Assembly (NCBI GenBank): GCA_051530055.1
Contig: JBMGUZ010000023.1
Span: forward strand, 1-35,166
Source of the DNA: Neoechinorhynchus agilis
Lineage: Eukaryota > Animalia > Acanthocephala
Reading direction: 5' to 3'
DNA: 35,166 bases
A model generated the notes under the pieces. That model worked only from the letters and a program-made list of their open reading frames with translations, searched no databases and was not told where the DNA came from. Shown piece after piece: positions 23,425 through 35,166 of the stretch. The translations under genes were made by a program, and so were the position numbers. The first letter of the stretch is position 1, and every line of letters starts with the position of its first letter.

Positions 23425-24199
23425 ATGTCTCGCGATGGGGTCGTCCGAGCTGGACTGTTGGCAGTTTCAACACGAGAATCTGGGGCGTGGTTGGAGGCTG
23501 TTCCTCTGGCATCAGTGGGAACTCTTCTTACTGACGAGGTAACGAGGATCGCAGTATCCTTAAGACTCGGTCTCCCGATATGCACGTCCCATCGCTGTCG
23601 ATGTGGGTCTTTGGTTGATGCTTTCGGGCGACACGGTCTCGTCTGCAGAAGGTCAGCAGGAAGGTTTTCACGCCATTCTGAAATCAATAACGCAATTTCT
23701 CGGGCGTTGAGAACGGCGAACTTCCCCAACATCTTGGAACCCGGAAATCTTTGTCGACTAGACGACCGTAGGCCCGACGGAATTCCGGTCTTCCCGTTGC
23801 GGGAGGGCAAATGCCTTCTCTAGGACGCCACGTCCCTCGCAGCCAGCAACATCCGCCACTCCCTCGAAATCGCCGGTGGTGCCGCCAGTGCAGCGGAAGG
23901 GAGGAAAATACGGAAATATCTTCACTTATCGAGGGCTCACTATTTTGTCCCCTTTGGGGTAGAGACGTATGGAGCGCTCGGCAGCTCGGCACTCTGCTCC
24001 AGGATCTCTCGAAGAAATTGAGAGAGGCAACCGGAGACTCAAGAGCATGCGTATTCCTTCGAAAAAATATCTTGCTGGCAGTACAAAGAGGCAATGCTGC
24101 CAGCGTGATGGCGACGGTCGAGGAAGGACAAAAGCTGGAATTCGGCGGGAGGTGGTGAGTGTGTTAATTGTCGAGAAATGAAGATTGATTGAAAAAAAA
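23425..24199 (+). mobile_element. 3' fragment of a CRE-clade-like non-LTR retrotransposon (post-RT region, zinc knuckle, RLE), short A tail
   Basis: GAWLEAVP..LRLGLPIC..HRCRCG..DAFGRHGLVC..GRFSRHSEIN..RRPDG..KCLL*DAT..YFVPFGVETYG..LAVQRGN. A W-to-stop change at 23821 and a later frameshift. A8 at 24192-24199. Confidence 0.9.
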
Positions 24200-24366
24200 G
24201 ATAGGTAAACCAATAATCAAACGAGGTTTCTAGAGGCCATGTATGAAGACTAATTAAAATTAGATGGGATCAATAATCTTTTTAATAAATGGATTGTCAA
24301 GAACAACACTAAATTGATTTGTGAATTTGCTTAAGTATTAAATTGCTCAATGTAACACTTTAATAA

Positions 24367-24922
24367 TCACCGCTGGTGCAAAGGACTAAGCACGGGGAGC
24401 GAAGAGCCGTGGTTCCTTTGAAGGCAATCGCTGAGCAATCCCGTAAATGCTATGGCGACCAGATATCGCGCACCATTAGGGATCCGTTTCAGGACGTTCC
24501 TGGGCAGAAACCGCACGATATCAGGTATCGAAATAAAATCAGCGGTGATCTGAGGGGTCTCAGGCACAAAAAGGTTCGGTTAATTATGGTGGAGAACCAG
24601 ACCCACTACAGCGGAGATCCCGGGGACCATGGACAAACAAAACCCCCAAATTGGTTAATTTAAAAGACCTACCGCAAACCGGACACAAACCAGTAGAAAC
24701 GCAAGGGAGCCCGCCATCGTTGGTCTTCTCTTCAGCAGCGTCGATTGTAGGCGATTTGAACACATTGTGACGTAATTTGGAATTTCGGCAAAACCTATCC
24801 GATGCTGAGATCGTCCTGAGCCTTCTTGGAGGTATAGGGCTGGGACGTGAATCTGATCCGTCGCAATATCCATCGTCGCGTTTAAAAGAATTGATTGATT
24901 CCGATTGGTTTCGAAGGCACAA
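24367..24922 (-). mobile_element. 5' fragment of a CRE-like element (N-terminal zinc finger and pre-RT region), decayed
   Basis: CPVCGRSFKLT..LFVHGPRDLRCSGSG zinc finger, then a shifted frame with VLKRIPNGARYLVA, a motif I recall preceding the RT in this group. Breaks off before the RT. Confidence 0.65.
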
Positions 24923-25133
24923 CCTTTTACGCCGTTAAGATTGTTTAAGTGTTTTATTCACAGAAAAGTTCATATTTCTTTGTTATTCCGTATTTTCTCG
25001 TTTTTATTGCTTCCGTTCATCTGAGAAGATCCTCTAACGCTAAGAATATGGCTACCGGGTTCAATTATTGGCATTCGGCATCTTCAAAAGCTCTTTTCAG
25101 AGAAGCGCTGGAGTATTGAAAGCATTCAACCAA

Positions 25134-25818
25134 ATGTTGGAAGGGAACGCATCTTTATTGACAAAAACGATGCGATCAATTGCCATTCGATCGATTTTCT
25201 TCAACTCGATCAATGTTTCTTTTCATCGCTCGTCCAGTTATTACGGGCGATCAAAGTACTTTCGACCGGAGGTGGTTCCCGTTAATGATTCAAATTCCCA
25301 TCTTATAGTTGATCTTCTTAAAGGAATCGAACCTTCAGCTGAAGTCTTGGGTTGTACACTTGTTGGAATGGTTCTTATTTAAGGGAATCAACCACAGAAC
25401 CACTCCCGTCAACAATATGAGTCTTTCACAAGCTAGAAATTTTCAAATAAAACATTTCCCCGACTTAAAGTTGGTGTTGGTCGACGAAAAGTGCTCGCCA
25501 GTCAGATTCGCCCTATTAACCGGCAACGAATTGTATTCGCTACAAAAACAATTTCGAGGATGTCAAAAGAAACGAGCTGGCGATGTTGGCGGAAGTTCTT
25601 ACAAAATCATTTACCTTAAAGGAAATATCGCAATGGCTGATTTAAATTGTAAGCTTCAATCGCTTAATGTGCGCAGTAAGTACAGAATCGAAATTAAGGA
25701 CAAAGACGGAGATATCAAAGATGTTCTAGAGAGGGTTAAAAGCTTTTTGGACGAAAAGGAAGTTAAGTTTAGTATCTGCAAAGATGAAAATACTCATGTG
25801 ATTCTGCTTACAAAATAG
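25134..25818 (+). CDS. MTIF3: Mitochondrial translation initiation factor IF3-like
   Basis: R/S-rich N-terminus (MRSIAIRSIFF...) resembling a targeting peptide. MSLSQA..DLKLVLV..PV..L.TGNEL and KGNIAMADLNCKL match IF3-mt. A candidate 40-nt phase-0 intron 25344-25383 joins the two ORFs. Confidence 0.65.
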
Positions 25819-26089
25819 ACTATCGTCTAACTGCAAACTTTTTTTAATCTTTAAGAACGATCAAAGATCGATGTGATCGTTAGGATGTTTTAACAGTTTA
25901 GATTTTCTTTGTCAAAAGGCAAAATGTCAAGAATTCGAGATGTTCATTTATGGGCTTTTATCATTTTTTACTATTATTTCCATTGGCTAATCGAGAACAT
26001 TGCTTATTCGAATTTATCTCATTCAGAATCTTTGACCTACTTATTGTGCAGGTTTGGCAATTGACGAAAATTGAATTTTAATTTACAAA

Positions 26090-26778
26090 TCTCTCAGGAG
26101 CATTTGGAGGCATGCAATTGAGAATTTGTTTTGAGCTTTCCTCAGAAGAGTCATCTGAATTCCTTTTCCGGAATATTTTTGTACCGGAAGAGAAATTCGG
26201 CCGAAACAATTCATTGAGAATTTCAGGCTTGTTTTCGTGCTTGTTTTTTTTATAAAAGTAGCCGTAATTATTTTTTAAAGCGTGACTTTGCAAGTTTCTA
26301 GCTAAAGAAATGTCTTATTATCTCCAGGGAGCATTTGGAAACCTGCAATTGACAATTTGTTTCGAGCTTTCCTCAGAAGAGTCATCTGAATTCATTCTCC
26401 GGAATATTTTTGTACCGGAAGAGAAATTCGGCCGAAACAATTCATTGAGAATTTCAGGCTTGTTTTCGTGCTTGTTTTTTTATAAAAGTAGCCGTAATTA
26501 TTTTTTAAAACGTGACTTTGCAAGTTTCTAGCTAAAGAAATGTCTTATTATCTCCAGGGAGCATTTGGAAACCTGCAATTGACAATTTGTTTCACGTGAT
26601 TTGCAAGTTTCTACTAAGAAATGTCTTATTATCTCCAGGGAGCATTTGGAAACCTGCAATTGACAATTTGTTTCGAGCTTTCCTCAGAAGAGTCATCTGA
26701 ATTCATTCTCCGGAATATTTTTGTACCGGAAGAGAAATTCGGCCGTAACAATTCATTGAGAATTTCAGGCTTGTTTTC
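26090..26778. repeat. Tandem repeat, ~231 bp unit: 2 full, 1 internally deleted and 1 partial copy
   Basis: tctc(tc/c)aggga anchor at ~26090, 26321, 26551 and 26632. On the minus strand it duplicates a coding-like stretch (ENKPEILNELFRPNFSSGTKIF..SDDSSEESS). Confidence 0.92.
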
Positions 26779-27137
26779 ATATATTTTATGTTGTGATTGG
26801 GAAAATAGAGATTAATTTCATTAAATCAATATCGCGTAAGTCCCGCCGGACAGGTATCTTGTAAAAAAATTTAACTATGAATGTCAAAAGCGTGAATCTG
26901 CAAAAGTTAAAACCCAATTTTGGTTCGGTAGAAGGAACAAATTCTAAATTTGATCTTAGAGCTCGATAGTCAATATAATGGTCATAGAACAAAAAACTAG
27001 ATTGAAATACGTACTTTCCATTCTTTATTAACAATGTGATATTCTTGTTTTTTACTAAATGGGTCATCCATTGTTGGTTAATATTGGTTTTAAATTGTGT
27101 AAAACGCAAATATTTTTTGGAGTTCGTCTAATTTCAG

Positions 27138-27431
27138 ATGTCTCAAAGTTCAGAGATCGAGCTTTCTTTAAAGCGGATATTATCTAACAAGGAAGTAGAA
27201 GGATATGTTATTTTAAACAACGAAGGATTTGTAATAAAAACATCATTCCCAGCTCATATAGCTCAGCAATACTCGGAGATGATGATTAAACTCAAGCAAG
27301 ATTCTATTGAATCCATTAAGGAAATCGATCCACTTAATGACCTCAGCTTTATAAGACTAAGAACCAAACGGCATGAAGTATTGATTGCTCCTGATACAGC
27401 GTTTAATTTATTAGTTGTACAACGACTATGA
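27138..27431 (+). CDS. DYNLRB: Dynein light chain, roadblock/LC7 type
   Basis: 97 aa: EIELSLKRILSNKEVEGYVILNNEG..IKT..IDPLNDLSFIRLRTKRHEVLIAPD..LLVVQ is the canonical roadblock sequence. Confidence 0.95.
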   Translation: MSQSSEIELSLKRILSNKEVEGYVILNNEGFVIKTSFPAHIAQQYSEMMIKLKQDSIESIKEIDPLNDLSFIRLRTKRHEVLIAPDTAFNLLVVQRL

Positions 27432-28973
27432 ATTACTCATCATTTGTACGTGTGAATGAGCTGAGTATGATAATTGCTTTGTTGAAAGTCAATATATGCA
27501 AATGAAATCCCCATGGATTTTTGTTTGCCTTCACCACTCTGGCGACTTATTTGCCCATTAGACTCTACTTTTTCGGCTTAAATGCTTTGTTTCTCGATAT
27601 CGATTTATTTTTGAAGCTGTTATGGAGCCAGTTGGATTTTTGAGAATTAGTTATGGGCAATTGAAGTCGTCTTATTCTTATGAGTTCAAGGTTATGAATG
27701 ATTTTTTTGATTAACATTAATATTCATTTTTGGGCATAAAAAGATAAGTCTAAACAATCGTTTATCGTTTTCATGCTTAAAAATATACGCTAAATGGACT
27801 TTTTTGGTCTAGATGTAAAGTTCAACTCGAATTTTGGCCAAAATTAAATCAAAATTAATTGAGAATTTATCTAATGAAAATAATGGTGGGAGGTTTTTAC
27901 GTGGTCCTTTGATGATGAACTTTTTGGGTTCGTTGGTTTCGAAACGATTATTGACATTTTTATCAACATTCCTGAAGATTTATCGGGCAAATGTAATTTG
28001 TTATTGAAGGTAAAAGGTATCACTAATATCCTAATGAATCATACTCGCAATTAAGTTTTAATTTAGAAAAATCTTGTTTTGCGATCATCATTTGTTATTA
28101 TTGGATGCACGAAAAAACGACAACGAAACGTAGAACCTTAGAAATAATAATTAACGTTGAATTCTGAATGGTTTTAATCGATATTTGCAGTTGTTCTAAA
28201 TCCCAGTTAAGGCTCAACTGGTTTGAATCGATGAACACGGTCGAATGGACACACAGTCCTCCGATTTCGGTCGGTGAAGCGCTGGTCTGAGCTCAATGCC
28301 CCAAGACCACCGCCGATGACGCACTACCAAAGGGGACGAAATACCTTGTTGAAGGGAGGAAGCTCACTGATGAGTCCCGCCTCCTCCTCGGGAGGTATCT
28401 GGGAATCCGGAGAGATGTACAAACTCTTTACCGGATGGTTCAATGTATTGAGTGATTCAATCACTTCTCTGATGTAAAACATAAAATTCGACCACCGAAA
28501 GTGCTAATAATTCATATAAAAATAAAAAGAAACTTTGGCATACAAAGGCAGCTTATTCGCTTTTGTGGAAATACAATCAAATCATCGGTTAATTGGCTCA
28601 AGGACCAAAAAGAACCGAAATTTAGGACCTGTTCGTGTAATCGCACAAGTTGAGAAATCGCGTCTTGGTGTAGTACATTCAACCGGATTTTTTTACTAAC
28701 ATCGTCGATCAAATGTATTTGCTACTTTAAAGAAATTAAAATTTGTTCGGTTGCCAAAGGCGCATACCGGCAAAAATAAACCTGGATAATACTTGAAATA
28801 CATTAATAATGTTGAATATTGTTTTTGAGGCTAAAAATAAAGATATTTATAGTCAAATATAAATTTATAAACAAAACATTGCGTTTAATTCTATCCAATT
28901 ATTCCTTCGACTGGGCTGAGGCCTTGAAAATTTGCAATGAAGAGTTCAATAATAAAGCTCGAGCGTGCAATAA

Positions 28974-29359
28974 TTCGCCATTGAGAATTGCGTTTAATGG
29001 TTAGATATCGAAAAATTTATGCGTCGATTTTTAGAAAGCCTCCCTCTAAATATTTTTATTGGTTTAAACTAATTTTTTTCAAAACAAACGAATATAACAT
29101 TTATTTCATTTAACCTAAGGAAATATTACAAAGAGTTTCTTTTTTAAATATTTTTCAATTCGTTAATTTGATTTTTTCGCCATTGAGAATTGCGTTTAAT
29201 GGTTAGATATCGAAAAATTATGCGTCGATTTTTAGAATGCCTCCATCTAAATATTTTTATTGGTTTAAAGTAATTTTTTTACAAAACAAACAAATATAAC
29301 ATTTATTTCATTTAACCTAAGGAAATATTACAAAGAGTTTCTAAATATTTTTCAATTCG
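28974..29359. repeat. Direct duplication, period ~202 bp, non-coding
   Basis: ttcgccattgagaattgcg at 28974 and 29176. The copies match to caattcg. Confidence 0.93.
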
Positions 29360-30068
29360 ATCAGGATGCAACAATTTCGTTCAAATGAAAGACCGATTTT
29401 TCGAATATGATCACTAATAAAAAAATTTAGTTTACATTCCAATTAAATTGTGTGCATGTTTCAAATTTCTTCCTTTCATCCATATCATCGATTCGATAAT
29501 TTCTCGTTAAAGCGCGTGTCAACTGGTATTTAAATGCAAATCGCGAATAATTTAATTCCGACTGAAACTAGTGAAACCGCGGCAAACAAGGTATAAAAAT
29601 TCAGAAAAAAAAGAGCATGCCTTAATTGTTATCAAATACGGCGATCTCAAAATCAACTCCTTTTTCAAACAAATGCGGCTTTATCGATCAAATGTGGGGC
29701 AAAGATGGCCCGCGAGCGGCGCTTTAATCAAGAGCAAGGATTCGCCTACTCGTTCACGGTTCTCACATCAAGTGGACGCAATTTAAAAACCTTTAAAGAT
29801 TTGCAGGTAATTTGAGTAACTATTTACATGAGAAACTATAAGAACACTTTTCAATTGACCGCCACAAAAATTTATGTGGGCATTAAAGACATTTTAGATT
29901 CTTTAACGTTACAAGTTTTGTGTAATTGGGCATTTAACTGGACGCGATAGGAAATCAAAGAGTTGCTCGGTTACACCGCGCATTCTGATTGGCTGTAGAA
30001 AGGAGATAAGCAATGGACTAAACGAGCCTAAAGGGTTTAGTGTTGTAAATAAGAATTGTTGGTGCGGA

Positions 30069-30737
30069 ATGAAACACGAAATGCGGTATCGGATTCTCGC
30101 GTCAAATGGACAACCCATGGAATTGACTATTTCTCAAATTCAATGTATATGCGACGTTCTCATTAAATCAAAGCAATATCAAAAGCTATCCGTTATCGTA
30201 AATGAACTACCACATGAATCAGCATTTGTCGACGTTGATTTGTTGAGGAAATGTAATGCTTACATCGCATTTGGAAGAAAGCAATATGATATTACTTTGA
30301 GGATTTTAAGTAAATACCAGTTTGAGGCAAAACATCATGCTCAATTGCAAGAACTTTACTATGAAGCTCACTATAAAAAATCAGAAGAACAGAAGGATAG
30401 AGATTTAAGTGCGGTTGAAAAATATAGAATTCGGAAAAGAAATAAATTGCCTCAGACAATATGGGATGGTGATGAAGTATTATATTACTTTAAACAAAAA
30501 TCAAGGAAGATGCTGATCGAAAGTTATGAATCGAATAGGTATCCAACCAATGAGGAAAAAAATAGACTCATTGAAATTACCGGACTTTCGATGACTCAGA
30601 TAAGCAATTGGTTCAAAAATAGACGACAACGCGATAGAACTAAGGAGGCTTTAGCGGACAGAATTGAAGGAAATCAATACTCAAATGTACATTGGGCTCA
30701 CAATGAATACTACAATGATTATTACATCAGAGGGTAG
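30069..30737 (+). CDS. SIX4: SIX-class homeobox protein, Six4/5-like, intronless CDS
   Basis: Six domain ([30 protein letters not shown]) plus homeodomain NRYPT..EK..L...[20 protein letters not shown] (K50). NRYPT and the xxxY tetrapeptide (EVLY) favour Six4/5. The family is certain; the subfamily is inferred. Confidence 0.88.
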   Translation: MKHEMRYRILASNGQPMELTISQIQCICDVLIKSKQYQKLSVIVNELPHESAFVDVDLLRKCNAYIAFGRKQYDITLRILSKYQFEAKHHAQLQELYYEAHYKKSEEQKDRDLSAVEKYRIRKRNKLPQTIWDGDEVLYYFKQKSRKMLIESYESNRYPTNEEKNRLIEITGLSMTQISNWFKNRRQRDRTKEALADRIEGNQYSNVHWAHNEYYNDYYIRG

Positions 30738-30810
30738 AAAAATGCGCAATTGATTGATCAATTATTGCCTTTTTGGTCTTTTGTGTACGCTCTAACATTT
30801 AATATATGCA

Positions 30811-31608
30811 TCTCTGTAGTAAAACATTTTTAAGCGAATAAGTTTTTTAATTTTCCACGAAGGGAGAGCATTTGATTTATTTTTCAAACTCGCTACGGGC
30901 ACTGAATTAATCGCTGATTATTAAATGGCTATTTTTCGAAATCAATTTTAATTTCTTTATGTACGTTTTAATCTCTGTAGTAAAAATTTTTAAACGAATA
31001 AGTTTTTTCAATTTTCCACGAAGGGAGAGCATTTGATTTATTTTGAAAACTCGCTACGGGCACTAAATTAATCGCTGATTATTAAATGGCTATTTTTCGA
31101 AATCAATTTTAATTTCTTTATGCACGTTTTAAGATTTAATAAATTCATCCCTATAGTAAAATTTTCTTAAACGAATAAGTTTTTTAAATTTTCCACGAAA
31201 GGAGAGCATTTGATTTATTTTGCAAACTCGCTACGGGCACTGAATTAATCGCTGATTATTAAATGGCTATTTTTCGAAATCAATTTTAATTTCTTTATGC
31301 ACGTTTCAAGATTTAATAAATTCATCCCTATAGTAAAATTTTCTTAAACGAATAAGTTTTTTAAATTTTCCACGAAAGGAGAGCATTTGATTTATTTTGC
31401 AAACTCGCTACGGGCACTGAATTAATCGCTGATTATTAAATGGCTATTTTTCGAAATCAATTTTAATTTCTTTATGCACGTTTTAAGATTTAATAAATTC
31501 ATCTCTGTAGTCAAAAAATTTAAACAAATAGATTTTTTAATTTTCAACGAAAGGAGAGCATTTGATTTATTTTGCAAACTCGCTACGGGCACTGAATTAA
31601 TCGCTGAT
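30811..31608. repeat. AT-rich tandem repeat, 161-177 bp unit, ~4.6 copies, immediately 3' of Six
   Basis: Unit starts at 30811, 30972, 31148, 31325 and 31502, with shared core aactcgctacgggcactgaattaatcgctgat. Confidence 0.95.
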
Positions 31609-32520
31609 GCAATTCAAGAACTTAATGTTAAATTGCCAAGTTGAAATGAGCGGCATTTATTGTTTTTGCTTTAATACTTGCATTAAAAGAAAAATTATGT
31701 TAACATCACTTTGGTCCACGCACCCTTGGGGTTCAAAGAGAAATTCCTTTAAAGTAAGCGGCTGATAAAAATTATGGAGTTTCGTATTTCTCGAATTAAA
31801 GAATCACATTTCGCAAATTAAACCATATTAAAATTGCATTTCGATAATCAGATAGAGAAGAACATGTTATGTGAGGAGCGCAAAGAATAAACTTAAATCA
31901 AATGTGACAGAAAATGGTAACTAAATCTGAATGTTTAATAGCTATTCTTAATCATTGAAAAATCTTAATACCAATAAAAGAAATTATAGAATATTTCTTT
32001 TAGAAAATTAGTTATGGCCGAAAACCGAGAAATTCAGACTAATAAGTAATATCAGGATCGGGTCTAAAAATTAATTCTATTTTAAATTAAATACATTTTA
32101 ATGACTCAGAAAAATGAGTATAAAAATCACAGTTCTAAAAATATTAATGTTTAACAAGTGATTTGTTGAACGAGGAAAACTTTTTTTATTTTTAAGCGCC
32201 CAGCAGAACTATTTTATCGGAATTAAGGAATTACAAGCACAAAAAATGATTTTAATGGATTTCTATTCCTTATCTATAAATTAAATCGTAGTTGAAATGC
32301 GGGAAACATTTCCTTGTCCAGAAAAAATTTAAATTAACGGAATTGTCTTTGTTCGAACTAAAAGATTAAGTATAAAATCAAATTCGCGAGCAATTCAAAG
32401 AGCTCGAAACTATCTTAATTCCGAGTTTTCTTTGGTCTTTTAATTTCGGCCACTTTCCAAGTAATTAAAGTTTATGCTTTAGAATGTACACGATATGAAA
32501 TAATAACAAAATCCAAAAAA

Positions 32521-33188
32521 TAAAATAAAACATTACGAACGTTTTGTTTAAAAGAACTTTTGCCTTTTTTTACGTCTTTTAAAAAGAAACCGACGAGTCC
32601 AAATCGCTGATGGTAGAGTTGAGTCAACGGTTAATTTCGAAGACCTGATTTTTCCTTTCAACCTTTTATTGACTTTTATGAGTGATCTAAATTTTAATAA
32701 CCACTTAAAAGTTTAATTAGAATTGCACATTTTTGCTATCCCAATAAGGGTTTCTAAGACAACCAATCAGAAAAAAATTAATTTTTTTATCCATTTGATC
32801 AACGAATCAGACAAAAGATTGAGACATAACCCGTCGCAAAAACGTAATTCACGAAAAAGCTAAAATAAAACATTACCAACGTTTTGTTTAAAAGAACTTT
32901 TGCCTTTTTGACGTCTTTTAAAAAGAAACCGACGGGTCCAAATCGCTGATGGTAGAGTTGAGTCAACGGTTAATCTTGAAGACCTGATTTTTCCTTTCAA
33001 CCTTTTATTGACTTTTATGAGTGATCTAAATTTTAATAACCACTTAAAAGTTTAATTAGAATTGCACATTTTTGCTATCCCAATAAGGGTTTCTAAGACA
33101 ACCAATCAGAAAAAAATTAATTATTTTATCCATTTGATCAACGAATCAGACAAAAGATTGAGACATAACCCGTCGCAAAAACGTAATT
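32521..33188. repeat. Direct duplication, period 340 bp, covering the putative dynein promoter
   Basis: taaaataaaacattac at 32521 and 32861. Each copy has cccaataagg and ccaatcag. Confidence 0.95.
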
Positions 33189-33289
33189 GACGAGACGAGC
33201 TTCTCAATTCACTGCATCGGTAATCATGAAAACTTGAAAATATATTGAAAACACTTTATAGCAGACAAAAAAACACAGTTTCTATGGAG

Positions 33290-35166
33290 ACCCGTTTATT
33301 TTTAAAATCCTATAACCTAAAAAATCACGCTTGTCTTTTTAGTGAAAGTGTACAAATCATGAGAAGAGAAATTATAGCAGATGAAGAAATACACTCTAGA
33401 GATAATGAAAGGAATTTATCGCAAGTTTCTACGAACTCAAGCCAGGGACTACAAAAAGTGATTTGTTATTCAATCGCCCCTGAAAGGTATCTACAAAAGC
33501 TTTATTAACCTCAATTTTAGCATTGAATTTAGATTTCGAAATGCATGCTTGTCTCAAGATATTTCACGAATGATTAATGCTCATGTTTCTCCTGGTAGTC
33601 TGGAGCACCTTTTCGATGAATACGATCTCGAAGCCAACGTTCCCATGTTTGTCTTTTACAATACTGAACTGAATAATAAATCATCTGAGCAATTGCTGGA
33701 AATTATGGAGCAAGGCGGTAAAAGAAATCCGTTACATTGTAGCGCATTGCTAAAAATAAATGGTCACTAACAATCTCATTGATAGAATCACAAGTAAAAT
33801 TTTAGGCAAACTAGAATGGATCGACTCAATGGCGTTTGATCATGACAAGGAGGCTAATACGTGGCTGGTGTCTCCTATAGAACATTTAGAAAAAGCTGAA
33901 AAAGAATGGATTCACCGGATTCGAATCTATTTCTCGGTTGAAGATCCAATGAAATTCGTTCAAAGATTCTGTTTCGCAGTTGAACATAAAAAAATCGCTG
34001 AAGATTCTATGAGAATTCACAACTCATTGCGTACCGTCGAGTTGAATCGAGAGGATTTGGAATGTATCGATAGGATCACTAAAGTTTGCATGCAACAGTT
34101 GACAAAAAAAGAGTAAGCATTCTCAATCGAAATCACTCAAATTTCGTTTAATTTTTTTTATTTAAATTAAATCATGATATTGCAATTTATTTGGAATTCT
34201 CCTTTTATTCTTTGTAAAAGTTCCGCTTGAATTCGCAATTGCGATTTCTATTCAATAAAAAAAATTAGATGAGACTGAACTTTTAGTGCCGACAATAATT
34301 CTGAAGTTGTACATTCCATGATGAGATATACATTAGTCAATTTAGCAAGATTAATCGCTCAGGATATAAAAACTCCAAATATTGTTACAAACCTTTACCA
34401 GCCAATAAAGTGTAAGTCATCGCCGTTTGAAAAAACATAAAAAGAATTTTTTTTTGAAAGGTAAACAACAATCTGATTCGTTCAATGTTAAAAACCAAGT
34501 CTTATATCTTTCTCATAACACTTTATTTAATAAGATTGCATTTCACAAAATTAAGGAAGCCGTGGTTGAAGCGTGCATCACTTTAGAAAGTAATATCAAA
34601 ATAATAAATTTCTTTGACGATGAACATGCACTTCCATTGGAAGAAATGAGAGACAGATCAAAAATTAATTCGGAAGAGGTTTAATTTTAAGCTTTTTTAG
34701 TGCTAAAACAAATTTAATGAAATTTAGGCTAAAAATTATATAATGAACGTTTGGCGACCTGCCCTTCTTGATCGCTTACTTTATACATTTTCACGAAGCC
34801 GATATTTTATAACATCAATAAACGTTGCTGATATGGAATCTTTCCGTCGATCGGAGATGCCGATTGTTCTTCAAACTACTCGACAAATAATTCAAGTATG
34901 TTGATTTTTAACTTAAACACGTCGATATATTGTTAGGAATATTTTATGGGATTATTTAAGCGAGATTGTAAAATGACATTGGAATGGTTGAGTCGGAAAT
35001 TTGAAGTGTCGGTTCTTAAAAGGTGAGTGAAATTTCCTTAAGAAACCATTTTAGTTTTTTAAAAGCGAGCCTGTATTTATTCTAAACATAATATTGGATG
35101 ATTTGAATTTAAAACCCGAAAAGAAAATGGAAAACGTAATTGCTGAAGTGAAATCAATATTGATTG
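33290..35166 (+). CDS. DNAH1: 5' part of a divergent axonemal inner-arm dynein heavy chain (DNAH1-like), multi-exon, runs off the window; start codon uncertain
   Basis: Splicing 46-, 43-, ~175-, 49-, 49- and 41-nt GT-AG introns joins the ORFs into one frame. VPMFVFYNTEL..SSEQLL, LEW....FDHDKE.NTWLV..WIHRIRIYFSVEDPMKFVQR and YIMNVWRP resemble the DNAH1 N-terminal stem (PLHLFDNEDF.., WVPRIQLLFCAEDP.MFAQR). The motor domain is not in the window. Confidence 0.72.

Noticed and set aside
1404-24663. Antisense ORFs over the retroelement fragments (e.g. 1404-1652, 1740-1994, 23403-23810, 24376-24663)
   Set aside because: Shadow frames of GC-rich element sequence.
23425-24922. Twin-priming 5' inversion of a single retrotransposon
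   Set aside because: The inverted 5' piece lies downstream of the A tail rather than upstream of the 3' piece.
2612-27138. General SL trans-splicing inferred from AG immediately before several ATGs
   Set aside because: For the coiled-coil gene, Tudor and roadblock a GT donor lies 39-46 nt upstream, so ordinary cis introns suffice. Only MORC and the SETDB1-like gene lack one.
28230-28470. Fourth CRE fragment (YFVPFG, GALSS on the minus strand)
   Set aside because: Only short motif matches in different frames, with no PD-D motif or QRGN. Too weak without a search.
33245-35166. Dynein region as a fragmented pseudogene, or use of a non-standard genetic code
   Set aside because: Short canonical introns join the ORFs in frame, and TAA, TAG and TGA all serve as real stops in intact genes.

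Overview
AT-rich animal genomic DNA from a compact genome with 40-49 nt GT-AG introns and highly divergent proteins. The left half holds a co-oriented minus-strand block of chromatin/transposon-silencing genes. In transcription order these are a MORC1/2-type GHKL ATPase with CW finger, a SETDB1/eggless-like gene whose SET domain looks catalytically dead, and two tandem extended-Tudor genes that each carry a different frameshift. A 6.7 kb array of about 23 copies of a GC-rich, hairpin-rich ~296 bp repeat starts about 33 nt upstream of the MORC start codon. The window also has three RT-less fragments of a CRE-clade-like RLE non-LTR retrotransposon, a Kunitz-like exon, mitochondrial IF3, dynein light chain roadblock, a Six4/5-type homeobox gene and the 5' part of a DNAH1-like axonemal dynein heavy chain. 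Local tandem duplications are dense. Several frameshifts sit in or next to homopolymers and may be assembly errors. All family assignments are from remembered motifs; no database search was run.
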